64,000 nucleotides of DNA from NCBI RefSeq assembly GCF_032191835.1, contig NC_083231.1:31682001-31746000 (forward strand), read 5' to 3'. Shown one piece after another: positions 23,819 to 34,846 of the stretch; the stretch's first letter is position 1; each line of letters starts with the position of its first letter. Position numbers and translations under genes: made by a program. Source of the stretch: Heteronotia binoei. Lineage: Eukaryota. The notes under the pieces are model-generated. The model was not told the DNA's origin. It saw only the letters and a list, made by a program, of their open reading frames with translations, and ran no database searches.

Positions 23819-25293
23819 TCAAACAAGGTTGTATACTAGCCCCGCAACTTTTTAATTTATATATTAATAGCATTGTAGGGTATTTTACTGACCCCGGTCT
23901 GCATCCCCCTAAGATTGGGAAGATTGCTGTGCCCATCTTGATGTATGCAGACGACGTGTTACTACTGTCAAGAACCCAAGTCGGTTTACGCAGGTCGCTT
24001 AAGATGCTTTCCCTCTTTTGTCTGGACACAGATCTAGTCGTTAACAGGGACAAGTCTAAAATTATAGTCTTCACCAAAAGATTTAGAGAAATGAATTGGC
24101 GTTTTAATGATGAAAAACTGAAACAAGTTAAAACATACAAATATCTGGGGGTTGTTTTTCATCACACAGGATCTTACCAAGGGCACATTGAAAACGTACA
24201 CTGTAACGCCCAACGCACGGCGCTCGCTCTGCAGGAGTTTTACACCTCCAAGGGCGCTTATAACGCCTTAGCGGCGATTAAGGTTTATAACGCTAAGGTT
24301 ATACCCCAATTAATGTACGGAGCCGAGATTTTCCTGTATAACAAAATAACCAAATTGGAGATGGTTCAATCGAAGTTTGTACGATGTATCCTTCAGGTGC
24401 CAAAATATGCCTCATCTATTGCAAACAGGCTGGAAACGGGGCTTCCAAGCCTCTCCACAGTAATGTGGAATAGAGGTTTGAGTCTCCTTTTAAGAGTGCT
24501 GGCCAATCCGGAAGACATTGTACACCAAATCTTCTACGACTCATTTGTCAGCAATTGGTTGAGGAAATTAAATTCCAAATTAGAGGAATGTGATCTGAAT
24601 ATTGATTCCCTAGCCCTCATGTTCAAGAACGGGGCAAAAGAAATTACCAGAGACCGATTACTGGAATTGGAGTTAAAACAATCTCTGGCCAAAGTTGGGG
24701 GGATGTATATCCCAACCTTTTTTACAAGTGACCTTAAATGTGCCAGGTATCTAGAAAAGATACAGCCAATTAAGATCAGGCGGATGCTGTCCTTGGCACG
24801 CCTGAACATTCTGGACACAGCAGTACTGAGGGGCCGTTTCCACAAGATCCCGTTAGAAGACAGGATCTGTCCGTGCGGCCTGGAGGAGGTCGATACGGTT
24901 TCCCACCTTATTCTGAACTGTCTTTTCCATACAGAGGCAAGGTACAGACTTTTGCGGAACCATCTAATGCTAGCTGAATCTTTAAATCAGGCCCAAACCA
25001 TTTACTTCCTCTTAGGGGATGGGAGTGATCAACTTTCTTTGGATCTTGCTAAGTTTCTATATGTTACCGACCTCGACAGGAAGAAATTTAATGCTGTCTG
25101 TATTTGAAAGAAGATGCTTTTAGTTAAGTGTTGCCTACGTCAGCTAATTTTATTACCACTTTGATGGATGTACAAGTTTTATATTGTTACGTTATATTTC
25201 AACTTGGTGTTGTGTTGTACTGTTATTGATGAGTTGTGTTGTTGCTGTCGATTGGCCTAGAGCCGCAATAAACTGACTGACTGACTGACTGAC
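23819..25293 (+). mobile_element. Young 5'-truncated non-LTR retrotransposon, RTE-X-like
   Basis: Frame is open from the GVKQGCILAP motif to the stop at 25107; AATAAA followed by a (TGAC)n tail at 25273-25293; possible TSD or microhomology TGGTG (23814-23818, 25294-25298). Clade assignment is less certain than the LINE call. Confidence 0.85.
23929..25107 (+). CDS. Truncated LINE reverse transcriptase ORF (RT C-terminal half, thumb, CCHC zinc knuckle)
   Basis: YADD, NRDKSK, YKYLG, LMYGAE, RGRFHKIPLEDRICPCGLEEVDTVSHLILNC; no internal stops; endonuclease and N-terminal RT missing. Confidence 0.9.
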   Translation: MPILMYADDVLLLSRTQVGLRRSLKMLSLFCLDTDLVVNRDKSKIIVFTKRFREMNWRFNDEKLKQVKTYKYLGVVFHHTGSYQGHIENVHCNAQRTALALQEFYTSKGAYNALAAIKVYNAKVIPQLMYGAEIFLYNKITKLEMVQSKFVRCILQVPKYASSIANRLETGLPSLSTVMWNRGLSLLLRVLANPEDIVHQIFYDSFVSNWLRKLNSKLEECDLNIDSLALMFKNGAKEITRDRLLELELKQSLAKVGGMYIPTFFTSDLKCARYLEKIQPIKIRRMLSLARLNILDTAVLRGRFHKIPLEDRICPCGLEEVDTVSHLILNCLFHTEARYRLLRNHLMLAESLNQAQTIYFLLGDGSDQLSLDLAKFLYVTDLDRKKFNAVCI

Positions 25294-25574
25294 TGGTGCT
25301 ATGCAGCTACATCTGTTGTTTTCTTTAAAGTACTGGAACACAGATGCTGTGCCTTGCACAGAGTCAGAACACTGGCCTGTTTAGCTCCGTACTGTCTACC
25401 CTCACTGGCATTCATCCCCAATGGTCTCAAGACACTGATGGAGAAAAGGCTTTTCAAACATCTGCTTCTGAGGTGTGTAAGAGCCAAACTAGACAAGATG
25501 CTGGACCCCGGTTCACCCCAGGGATGTGCCTTTCTTCTGTAGTGCTGGGAAAAGCCATTTAAAAACACTGGAGG

Positions 25575-26031
25575 CAGGCCCGTAGCCATGGGGGGGTGGC
25601 CTCTCACCCAACCCCCCTGAACCTTTATGGCCCCTCCTTTCCCTGGCCCTTGTTCTCTCCATCACCATCTTTCTGGCGGCCCCAATCTCCACACCGCTCT
25701 GGCGGCCCCCACCCCACTCTGAAGGCGCCTCCTCCTCCCTCCCCCCCTCCCTTCCAACTCACTCACCAACCTGGCAAAACAATGAAGAGCGGGTTCCTGG
25801 GGCTCTTTCAAGGTGCCCCCTGCCGATCACGTGATTGGAGCGAAAAGCCACTCTGAGGCTGGCAGTTCCTACGCTGCCTTTCTGGCATGCTCAGCAAGTT
25901 CAGTACTGGCTGTCCCAGAATGTCCAGAAAAGTGGCAGTGGAGACAGCGGGGGCCATCAGGGGGGGGGGTGGCCTCCACCCAACATTTTTTCCATGGGTT
26001 TCTCAACTGGAATTTTCTGACTACAGGCCTG
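25575..26031. mobile_element. hAT MITE (CAGGCCCGTAGCCA TIR)
   Basis: CAGGCCCGTAGCCA / TGACTACAGGCCTG ends; perfect 8-bp TSD ACTGGAGG. Confidence 0.9.
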
Positions 26032-26348
26032 ACTGGAGGGCTGATTCTGGTTGGGTCCACCTCAGAATGGGGTGAGGATAGGATCCTGCTCTTCCTGCAC
26101 TCCATTTTTCCAACCTGCAATGTCACAGGAGCATTATTTGCCCATATCCTCCAGCATCCTTTTTGTGTCAGAAAAATGGTGTGTGAGAGAAGGATCCTTT
26201 CCTCCCTGTGCACTGGTTCCAACAAAATCAGGTCCCCACAGTGCTGTTTATATGGGTTCCTGGGTGGGAACTCACTCTAAAATGAAGTGAACTCAGGGAT
26301 ACCCTTCTCATCTAGTTTGGCCCTAGAATACTGTATCTCTAGATACAG

Positions 26349-26739
26349 AGAGCGCTGGTTTGGTGTAGTGGATAAATGTGAGGACTCTAATCAGGGAGAA
26401 CCAGGTTTGATTCCCCACTCCTCCACTTGCACCTGCTGGCATGGCCTTGGGTCAGCCATAGCCCTGGCAGAGGTTGTCCTTGAAAGGGCAGCTGCTGTGA
26501 GAGTCCTCTCAGCCCCACCCACCTCACAGGGTGCCTGTTGTGGGGGAAGGAGATAAAGGAGATTGTGAGCCGCTCTGAGCCTCTGTCCTTGAAAGGGCAG
26601 CTGCTGTGAGAGCCCTCTCCAGCCCCACCCACCTCACAGGGTGTCTGTTATGGGGGAGGAAGGTAAAGGAGATTGTGAGCCGCTCTGAGACTCTTGAGTG
26701 GAGGGCGGAATATAAATCCAATGTTGTCATCATCTTCTG
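26349..26739 (+). mobile_element. tRNA-derived SINE with a duplicated 3' body
   Basis: Head plus body unit at 26475-26583, repeated at 26584-26693, then a single tail. Confidence 0.9.
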
Positions 26740-26744
26740 TTTAT

Positions 26745-26965
26745 CTGACTTGAATAGCCCAGGCTAGCCCAATCTCATTAGATCTTGGAAGCTAAGCAGG
26801 GTTGGTTCAGGCTAGTATTTGGATGGGAGACCTCCAGGGAATATCAGGGTTGTAATGCAGAGGCAGGCAATGGCAAACCAACTCTGAAACATCTCTTGCC
26901 CTGACAACCTTATGGTGTCTCCATGAGTCAACTGTGACTTGACAGCACTTTCCATCACCACCACT
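26745..26965 (+). mobile_element. 5S rRNA-derived SINE with Bov-B tail, near full length
   Basis: GCCCAATCTCATTAGATCTTGGAAGCTAAGCAGGG...TGGATGGGAGACC (5S internal promoter region) followed by GGCAATGGCAAACC...GACTTGACAGCAC. Confidence 0.9.
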
Positions 26966-28204
26966 GCCACCCCTGTTTAGGGTTGCACTGTAAATCTCCT
27001 TTGCTGAATAGGCAAGTGCCTTGTTTCTTGAAAGCAAGATAGGTATTAACAGACACATTTGCCTTCTTGTGCCTCATTTAAAACGTGTTGGAAGTGATGG
27101 ACTTTGCACTATCTCTTAGACTTCAGAGGGGGACTATAGAGAGTCAGAGAGCCAGATAGGCCAGCACCCAGATTATCCTTCGTTTCTACTGCTCTGATGC
27201 TATCCCTTTGGTATGTAGATTGCACCTGTAGTCTGGCACCTTCTCTCCATACTTTGCTAGCCTTTTCCATCTTGGCACCATGATGGCAGGCCATGTTTCC
27301 TGCATCTCTATCCATCCTAGCTTGCTAGAACCCTAGCTTTACTCTATCCTGTCTAGAATGGAGTCCCTTACAATAGAGGACTCATGTTAGTTTTGGAAAG
27401 ATGAAGAGGCTCTGTTTCTTGTTAGCACACCCAAACAAGATAGATTCTGCTGTGTTATGAACCTTGAGCACTCTGCTAACCAAATAATTCTTTAGAGCCA
27501 AAGGGGGAGGGAACTCAAATAATTTGGGGGATAAGAAAATATAAACTGATGATGACAAATACTGGATCAGGTAAACTTCCCTTTAATGTAAATTGAGACA
27601 AAACTGGAAAATTAGTCTGCACACTACAATTGTTATTGACTTTACAAAGAAATGCAATATTAAGCACTGCAGAGAAGCCTTAGGATTTTGGCTTTGTGAG
27701 TTCTTAGGTCCTTACATAGATGACTGGAACATGCATCCCTAGTATGTGTATAAGGCAGTGGTTTCTTGCCTCCTAACCTGTGATCTTCAGATAATATATA
27801 AGTTGATCTCCAGACAGTGTGACATTGCCATGAAATCAGATGCTTTCTGTAGTTATTTTTCAGAGTTCCTCCAGACCAAAGCTTAAAATAAACTGCAAAA
27901 CTTCAAAAAGCACTTTAAAAAAGAAATACTTGAAATACATTTGGGAAGCAGGGGGAAAAATTAGGTTCTTGGGCATGATCCAGCCAAAGTTAAGAGGTTT
28001 TCAGTGCTGCAATTTTATGTGCACTTGCTATGGAGTAGGTCTCTCTAGCCCTACAGAGATTGCATTGGAGAAAACATGTGAAGGACTGGGCTTCAAGTTC
28101 CATGTCTCAGTTGAAGGATTAAGCATGTGATAAAACATGCTATACCTGTATATCTCCTTGAATTCAATGGGATAACTGTGTTTTGGATCATGTCCTATGC
28201 TCAT

Positions 28205-28305
28205 GACAGGTGGCTTGGCATAGCGGTTACTGCAAAACCAGGACCTAGGGCAACCAGGTTCAAATGCCCACTGTGCCATGGAAGTTCTCTGCCATGGAAG
28301 TTCTC
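28205..28305 (+). mobile_element. tRNA-SINE 5' fragment ending in a 16-bp tandem duplication
   Basis: TGGCATAGCGGTTA...GGTTCAAAT; TGCCATGGAAGTTCTC twice (28274-28305). Confidence 0.55.
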
Positions 28306-29699
28306 AATATATATATTGTTCCTAATGAAATATTCTGAGCACTAATATATATTAACATATATTAATATATGATATCATAATATATATTATGATCATACTA
28401 GGTTCATATTAGGTATTAGATCATATCTGAACATTGGACTACTTTCTTTAATGATAACAGTTCAAGAAAGTTGTTTTTTTAATTTTTTTTTTAAAGAGAA
28501 AAGTAATTAATTGTATTCTGGGTCCAATTTAGTTTTAATTTCTTTTAAAATGTGCAGGATATTTAGAAGGGAAGAGAGAAACTTGCACATTCTGGAAAGT
28601 TGATCCTTCTCTTGCATTTTGGTATACTGGAATAGATCAGTTGCAAAGCATTGAATGTGGATTGATTTGATGGGTGGAATATAATCTTATTTTCTCTTCT
28701 CATGTCAGTCACACGAAATATGTATGCCACCTGAAGCAAATCCCATTTCCCATTTCTTAGTTTCCAAAACTGATATAATCAGCTCTAGTCCAAAGCAATT
28801 TCTTCCTTGCAAATTCAGACAGTGCTTTCTTCCACCAATAGAACTGAAGCTCAGGCTACCAAGATGCCCTATAGAAAGGAAAAACTTTTGTTATTGTGCA
28901 GCTCCCACTCATTTCAAGAAGGCCATACTGGAGAGTTTACAACTATACAGGTATGCAGTGTGAAAGAACCCCATGTTCTTTCACACTCTGTATACTTGTA
29001 AATTCTTTTGTACAACAGCATGTGATCAGACTGGTCTTTCCTCCTACACATTTTCTTGATATCCAAGGGCCAAACTACAAGTGACAGCAACCATTTTAGA
29101 AGCATTTGTGGTTCTTTAAAAATTGCTGCAGGGCCCCAATCTGGATCAGATGGCCCCAGGAGTTCTTTTATCTCCCTTTGCCTTTTGAAGTGCTGAAACA
29201 GCCAAGGGGGGCTATTTCTACTCCTGGGGGAGGGGTAGACCTTTTGAGGTTGCCACATTTCATACTCAATATGGATCAAAGCCTCACAGCAATTTTCAAA
29301 AAGCTATAAATGCATCTAAAATGGTGTCAACTGTAGTTCGGCTTGATGCATCTGACTTCTTATTTGGTCTCATTTAAGCAATACAAAGTAACTGTGTGTA
29401 TTTAGTTTTGCATACATGAGATCTGTAGCCATGGCAGAAAATTTTAGTGGTGTACAAACTAAGCACTGGATTTGCCAATGCCAACTTTAAGGAGGGTACC
29501 TGGGAAGGCTGAAGAGCAGGAACTCAGTTAGGATGTATGTTCACTCTAGGACTTCCTTCACTGCTCAACTCCATACTATACCAAGAAGTCTGTTCTTCAA
29601 AGCTGGTATTTCCTCCAGAAGGACTGATCTCCTTAGCACAGAGATCGTTTTTAATTACAGAAAAACTCCATATCACACCATGAGGTTGGTAACTGTACA

Positions 29700-29833
29700 A
29701 AGTATATAATTTTATTGAGTGGATTATTTTATAGTTGGTATATTTTCCTATTTTACTATTGTGGATTTCTATGTTGTGAGCCACCCTGAGCCTGCTCCGG
29801 CAGGGAGGACAGGATATAAATAAATAAATAAAA
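29700..29833 (+). mobile_element. L2 3' tail remnant
   Basis: GTGAGCCACCCTGAG...GGATATAAA followed by (TAAA)n. Confidence 0.75.
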
Positions 29834-30678
29834 TTGGGGATAAAAACCTTCACTTCTGAGTTATTTTCTCATGAGAAATTCTCCCCTCCTCTGATGTAGG
29901 GACAAGTAAGGGGGGAAATGCATACACCCATATTGTATCACTCTTTTCCCCTACTAGGTTTAACCACAGTTTTGAGGAGGAACAATTTCTTTTGGGAAAA
30001 TGTATTGGGGGGAATAAACATTTTTCTCTCCAGTGCTGTAACCTGTATCCAACCCCTCCCCCCCCCACTCCCAATCTGCTTTATGTTTATAAACAACACA
30101 TGGGGGATATGGAGATATAGAGCTCCAAGATAATGTACCACTGGACTCTGTGATTTATTAACTATGGCTCAGAATTTGCTGCAGACACTTGGGAAGAAAG
30201 ACCTTCGACAACAGGTTCACCATTTTATTTTTCTCCTTGCCTTTGATTACATCAATCTCTTTCTCAACATGATCAATCAGTCCAAATTTCATCAGAGGGA
30301 AAAAAATTCACTTTTTAAAAAATTGAAAAGGCAAGTGCTTGTCACCTGACTGACCTTCAGATCACTCTGTGTAAGAAACCAATGTATGATTTTTAAATTA
30401 AAAAATCTTATCTGGGCAAGAGGGGAATGGGATGCCTTGTCCTTGAATGATCTCTCAAGTGAAGAGTTTCATCTGACAGAGTCTGTCTACTTGACTTCAC
30501 TTCTGAAAAGCTTGACAATAGCACATTAATGTCATAAGCAGGGGAAAGCACTCGTATTATATCAAAGTGTTCTACCACTGTTATTACAAAGGGTCTGTCA
30601 AGGTTTCCCACTTTAAAACTATGGTAGTCTGCGTTTTATCCATAGACATAAATTTAGGGTTCTAATGGGCCAATGGGT

Positions 30679-30840
30679 NNNNNNNNNNNNNNNNNNNNNN
30701 NNNNNNNNNNNNNNNNNNNNNNNNNNNNNNNNNNNNNNNNNNNNNNNNNNNNNNNNNNNNNNNNNNNNNNNNNNNNNNNNNNNNNNNNNNNNNNNNNNNN
30801 NNNNNNNNNNNNNNNNNNNNNNNNNNNNNNNNNNNNNNNN
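30679..30840. other. Assembly gap (162 N)
   Basis: Run of N. Confidence 1.
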
Positions 30841-31485
30841 TTTCAATCTATAGATTTGGAGTGAGAATATTGAGCACCAGGGGTGAGGATATGGGGGGCA
30901 CTGCCAGAGATGGTGTGATGTCATTTTTGGGGAAAACCCATAAGTGATGCCATGCTTTTCTAAGAATTGCCAGAAACTCTTTGGCAAATCCATAAAGTTT
31001 CCAGCAATTTCTAGAGAGGACCAATGTCACTTCCAGGTTTTTCCCAGAAGTGCAATCACACCATCAGTATGATATCCTTTTAAAAATTATTATTTTTCTC
31101 CTGCCACCACTCCGAGTGCAGGGGGGGGGGCAGCGATCACAATGAAGTGTTAGCAGCCTTATGTGGAGGGGAATCAACATATTTTTGAATACTATTTTTT
31201 TACAATAATCATAGACAGATGATGATGTAATTCTTTTAAAATATTCAAATATATTTCCATTGCCATCATATGTAATTTTAAGTGTAACTAAGTATGAAGT
31301 TTCTATTCTTAGAGAGCTACAAAGTTTTTCAGACTTTCAATAAATTTTACAGTTAAATAAGATCTCGAATGGAATTGGCATACTATTTATATGTTTTCTC
31401 CCAAATCATCTTAGAACATAATTATCCCCTCTTCCATTTTAGTCTCATAACAACATTCCTGAGAGTTAGGTTATGGTGAAGACTA

Positions 31486-31704
31486 TAGGGTCGCCAGCCT
31501 CCAGGTGGGGCCTGGAGAGCTCTCACTTTTACAACTCATCTCCAGCTGGCAGAGATCTGCTCCCCTGGAGAAAATGGCTCCTTTGAAAGGTGGACTCTAT
31601 GGCATTGTACCATGCTGAGACCCCTCCCCTCCCCAAACTCTACCCTCTCCTGGATCCACCCCCAAAGTCTTCAGGTATTTTCCAACACAGACCTGGCAAC
31701 CCTA
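31486..31704. mobile_element. Short TAGGGTTGCCA MITE inserted in an old minus-strand SINE (about 31420-31800)
   Basis: TAGGGTCGCCA / TGGCAACCCTA ends; SINE-like sequence resumes on both sides. Confidence 0.85.
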
Positions 31705-32257
31705 CCTAGGACATCCATTGAGCTTCCATGGCAGTGTGAGGGTTTGAATCTGGATTTCACAGCCCCTCATCCAACATCTGATAGATGTGCTCTGGGTACT
31801 GCTTTTCTCATGAATGGGCACATTAATTTTCTGCAATCCTCATTCCATATTCACTGGTTTCTGGAATTTCATTTAAATTAAATACGTCAATGCTTCAATT
31901 CATGCAAATGAAAATTTTATATTTTTAAATTATCAAACATTAAAATAAATCCATTACTAGCACTATAGTCATTACTCTTATCTTTAAAGTGCTAAGTACT
32001 GCAAACATATGATGACTATACAGCAAACATGCAAAAGCCAAGCTAAACAGAAATGTTGTTATTAAAGCTACATGTTTTAACTTGTTTTTATTGTACTTAG
32101 GCTTTGGGGAATGTATTTAGGCTTTGGGAAATGGATTATACTATCTGTCTTTTTATTGTAGTGGAACCCTGAAGTCTGGCAAATGTTGATATTCTCATGT
32201 GAATGCTGATAATCTCAAATAAATTTCATTGATGTCTGAAAATAATTAGAGGGCAAG

Positions 32258-33332
32258 TGTGACGGAATTGGAAGGGTTAATAGAAAAGCTAAGGACTCGG
32301 GGAGTCTAAGTCTTGTGATCTGAGGGTGGGGGTCGGAGTGCTCGACACTCTCAGGATGAGTGAGTGACAGATAATGGCTGGAGAGTCAACTGTCAGCAAC
32401 TGTCAGAGGGAGACAGTTGAAGTGGGCAGTATATGGTCAGCAGGAGAGCTGAAGAGAGAGCTGGTACAGAGAGCTGGGAAGAGACTTCTGGTGAAGTGAA
32501 GCTCGCTGTTAGTTCTGTGGAGACAGCCAGGTGGCTGAGAGTGACAATTGAGTGTCACAGTGAAAGACCTGAGTGGTCACAGAAATATTTACACTACTCT
32601 TAAGAACTAACAAGCTTGCTGAGATGAGGGTCTGGGGGAGTCAGGAGGGCTTGGAGCAGACACACCAGTCGACTCAAGAGACCAGACACATAAAGCCCAA
32701 GAGGCCACCTAATTAGAGTTGGGAGAGTGAAGAATATAAGAACTGTGGACCCTGAGATACCTCAGTGAACCTCTGTATTGTAAAGCCTGAACTGTTTAGC
32801 AACTGTTATTCATCCAAGATACAAAATAGCCTATGTAAATACATCCCTTCCCCCCAGCTGAAGACTGTGTGTAAATAAAAATCTGTGGTTAACTGTTAAG
32901 TTCTCTGGTGCCTGAGTATTTGGAATCAGCAGCAAATCAGCAGTGGTCCCCTACATACATAGTTATCCGTCTATCTGAAAATAAAAGAGAACCCCGAAGA
33001 GACTAGAAATCCTTATTATACCCACCCCCTTTACTCAGTAGTCGTGAGGTAAAACCAGAAGGAAGAAACAAAGGCTGCAGGAAGAAGAAGACGACATTGG
33101 ATTTATATTCTGCCCTCCACTCAAGAGTCTCAGAGCGGCTCACAATCTCCTTTATCTCCCTCCCCCACAACAGACACCCTGTGAGGTGGATGGGGCTGAG
33201 AGGACTCTCACTGCAGCTGCCCTTTCAAGGACAACCTCTGCCAGAGCTATGGCTGACCCAAGGCCATTCCAGCAGGTGCAAGGAGGGGCTGGGGTCACCA
33301 TAAGTCACCTAAAGTGGTGCGGGGCGGTTATA
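32258..33332 (+). mobile_element. Solo LTR (Ty3/Gypsy-like) containing a SINE
   Basis: Starts TGTGAC, ends GGTTATA (CA mutated to TA); perfect 5-bp TSD GCAAG (32253-32257, 33333-33337); AATAAA near 32875. Confidence 0.8.
33082..33282 (-). mobile_element. 5'-truncated tRNA-family SINE nested in the solo LTR
   Basis: Reverse complement of the body and tail of the 26349 copy; the tRNA head is absent. Confidence 0.9.
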
Positions 33333-33448
33333 GCAAGAGCCAAAGAAGACTGACAATCACATCTAAGTAGCTGTCAAAACTCCCTTAAATATCTATGGGT
33401 TTTCAAACGCATTTGTCTGAGATTAACAACATTCATCATGTTTCAGAA

Positions 33449-34093
33449 TAGATTTGCCATTCCCCAGGTCCCAATAGGAGATCCCTCGGTTTTGCAGGCT
33501 CCTCCCAGCCAGCTGGCTGGGGGGGGGGAGCCCTGCCCCAAGAGTCCCAATGTGCCTTTCCACCTTAGAAGGCTTAGAAGAATCTCAGAAACTTGGGAGG
33601 TGCCTTTAAATCTCAGCAGAACAAAGCAAGGTTGAAAGGGGGCAAGGGCCAGCCAGCAGAGTCATGTGGCTGTTCCCCATGAAGCTGTAAGAAAGAAAGA
33701 AACCGAGTTCCTCCATCTGTTTTACATTCCTTTCAGAAGTTATTTGTATACAAAAGAGTAAACTAGAACCTTTCATTTCCTGTGTTAGTCTGAAGAAGTT
33801 GGTGGATACAGCAGATGATTACATTCAGCAACTCCTGTGAGTAAATTGTCCCAGTAACATAACAAAAATGTGTGCTTGCAAACTGCATTTATTTTGGGTG
33901 CTTTGTGAGTGTGTAAGTGTGTGTTCATGTTCATTTAGTGGAAGTGCAGCCAGCTGCTGGGGGACAAGAAAATGAAGACTGTATTCAGGAGAACTGCACT
34001 GATGTATTTTTATTTATTTTAGGGAATGGAAAAGTCTCCTGGCTCCACCCCCGAAGTCCCCAGATATTTTCTGAGTTGGACCTGACAACCCTC
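33449..34093. mobile_element. hAT MITE, TAGGGTTGCCA family, with divergent interior
   Basis: TAGATTTGCCA / TGACAACCCTC ends; TSD TTTCAGAA / TTTCAGAC (7/8); both termini are homologous to 5155-5841. Confidence 0.85.
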
Positions 34094-34647
34094 TTTCAGA
34101 CACCCTGTAGGCTGCAGGAAAGATGAGGAGAACAAAAGCATACGCTATTGTTTTGCTATTTGTAGAAAGAGACTCTGATCTGGAGATGACTACACTGCCT
34201 ACACACTGTGGGCTGTGAATATCTTTTCTCAGAAGTAAATCGCTCCGGTAATCACTGAGGGAAATGAAAAGAGCATTTAACCCACAGCCCAACAAAGAAT
34301 AACTACAGTGCTGGTAACACTTGGATTTATTTTAATCTCTGATAATTCAAAAATATAAAATTTTCATTTGCATGAATTGAAGCATCCAGTCATATACACA
34401 TGGCTACATGCAGAGAAGCGTGCATTTCTCTACCTCCTCTGCTGGCCTTTCCTCAGTTGGGCAATGGGGAGAAATTGAAGGGCAAAGAGGCCATAATGTA
34501 TGTAAGAGGCCAGTATGGCAAAGAGGCCATAATGTCATTTCCAGTGTGACCTAATGATATCATCACATTGTCGGACACTCTAGCATTCACATATGGTTAA
34601 CCATAGAGTATGGAGGAATATAAAGCACTGCCGGTGACACGATGATG

Positions 34648-34846
34648 TAGAGCTGCCAACTCTGGGTTGGGAAATTCCTGGAGATTTTAGTATGGAGTCA
34701 GGGGGTGGTTAGGTTTGGGGAGAAGAGGGATTTCAACATAATGCCAGAGTTTATCCTCCAAAGTAGCAGTTTTTTCCAGGGGCATTTATTCCTCTAACCT
34801 GAAGATCATTTGCAATTCTAAGAGGACTCCAGGCCCGACCTGAAGG
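34648..34846. mobile_element. Short TAGGGTTGCCA MITE, opposite orientation, right TIR missing
   Basis: Starts TAGAGCTGCCAAC; breaks off at CCAGGCCCGACCTGAAGG where the long inverted repeat starts. Confidence 0.7.

Noticed and set aside
26745-26860. 5S rRNA gene-like sequences (also at 4385, 9735, 47374, 63575)
   Set aside because: They are degenerate, dispersed, fused to a Bov-B-like tail and flanked by TSDs, so they are SINE heads, not rRNA genes.
28374-28393. Perfect 20-bp AT-rich palindrome
   Set aside because: Low-complexity TA-rich context makes such palindromes common, and there are no associated TIRs.
30619-30993. ORFs spanning N runs (also 54828-55254)
   Set aside because: Artefacts of translating assembly gaps.
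33789-33836. Attractive 48-nt exon (LKKLVDTADDYIQQL) with AG and GTGAGT boundaries
   Set aside because: It lies inside a TSD-bounded hAT MITE (33449-34093), and its 5' part is homologous to CTGTGTTACTTTGAAGAAGTTG in the 5155 MITE, so it is transposon sequence.
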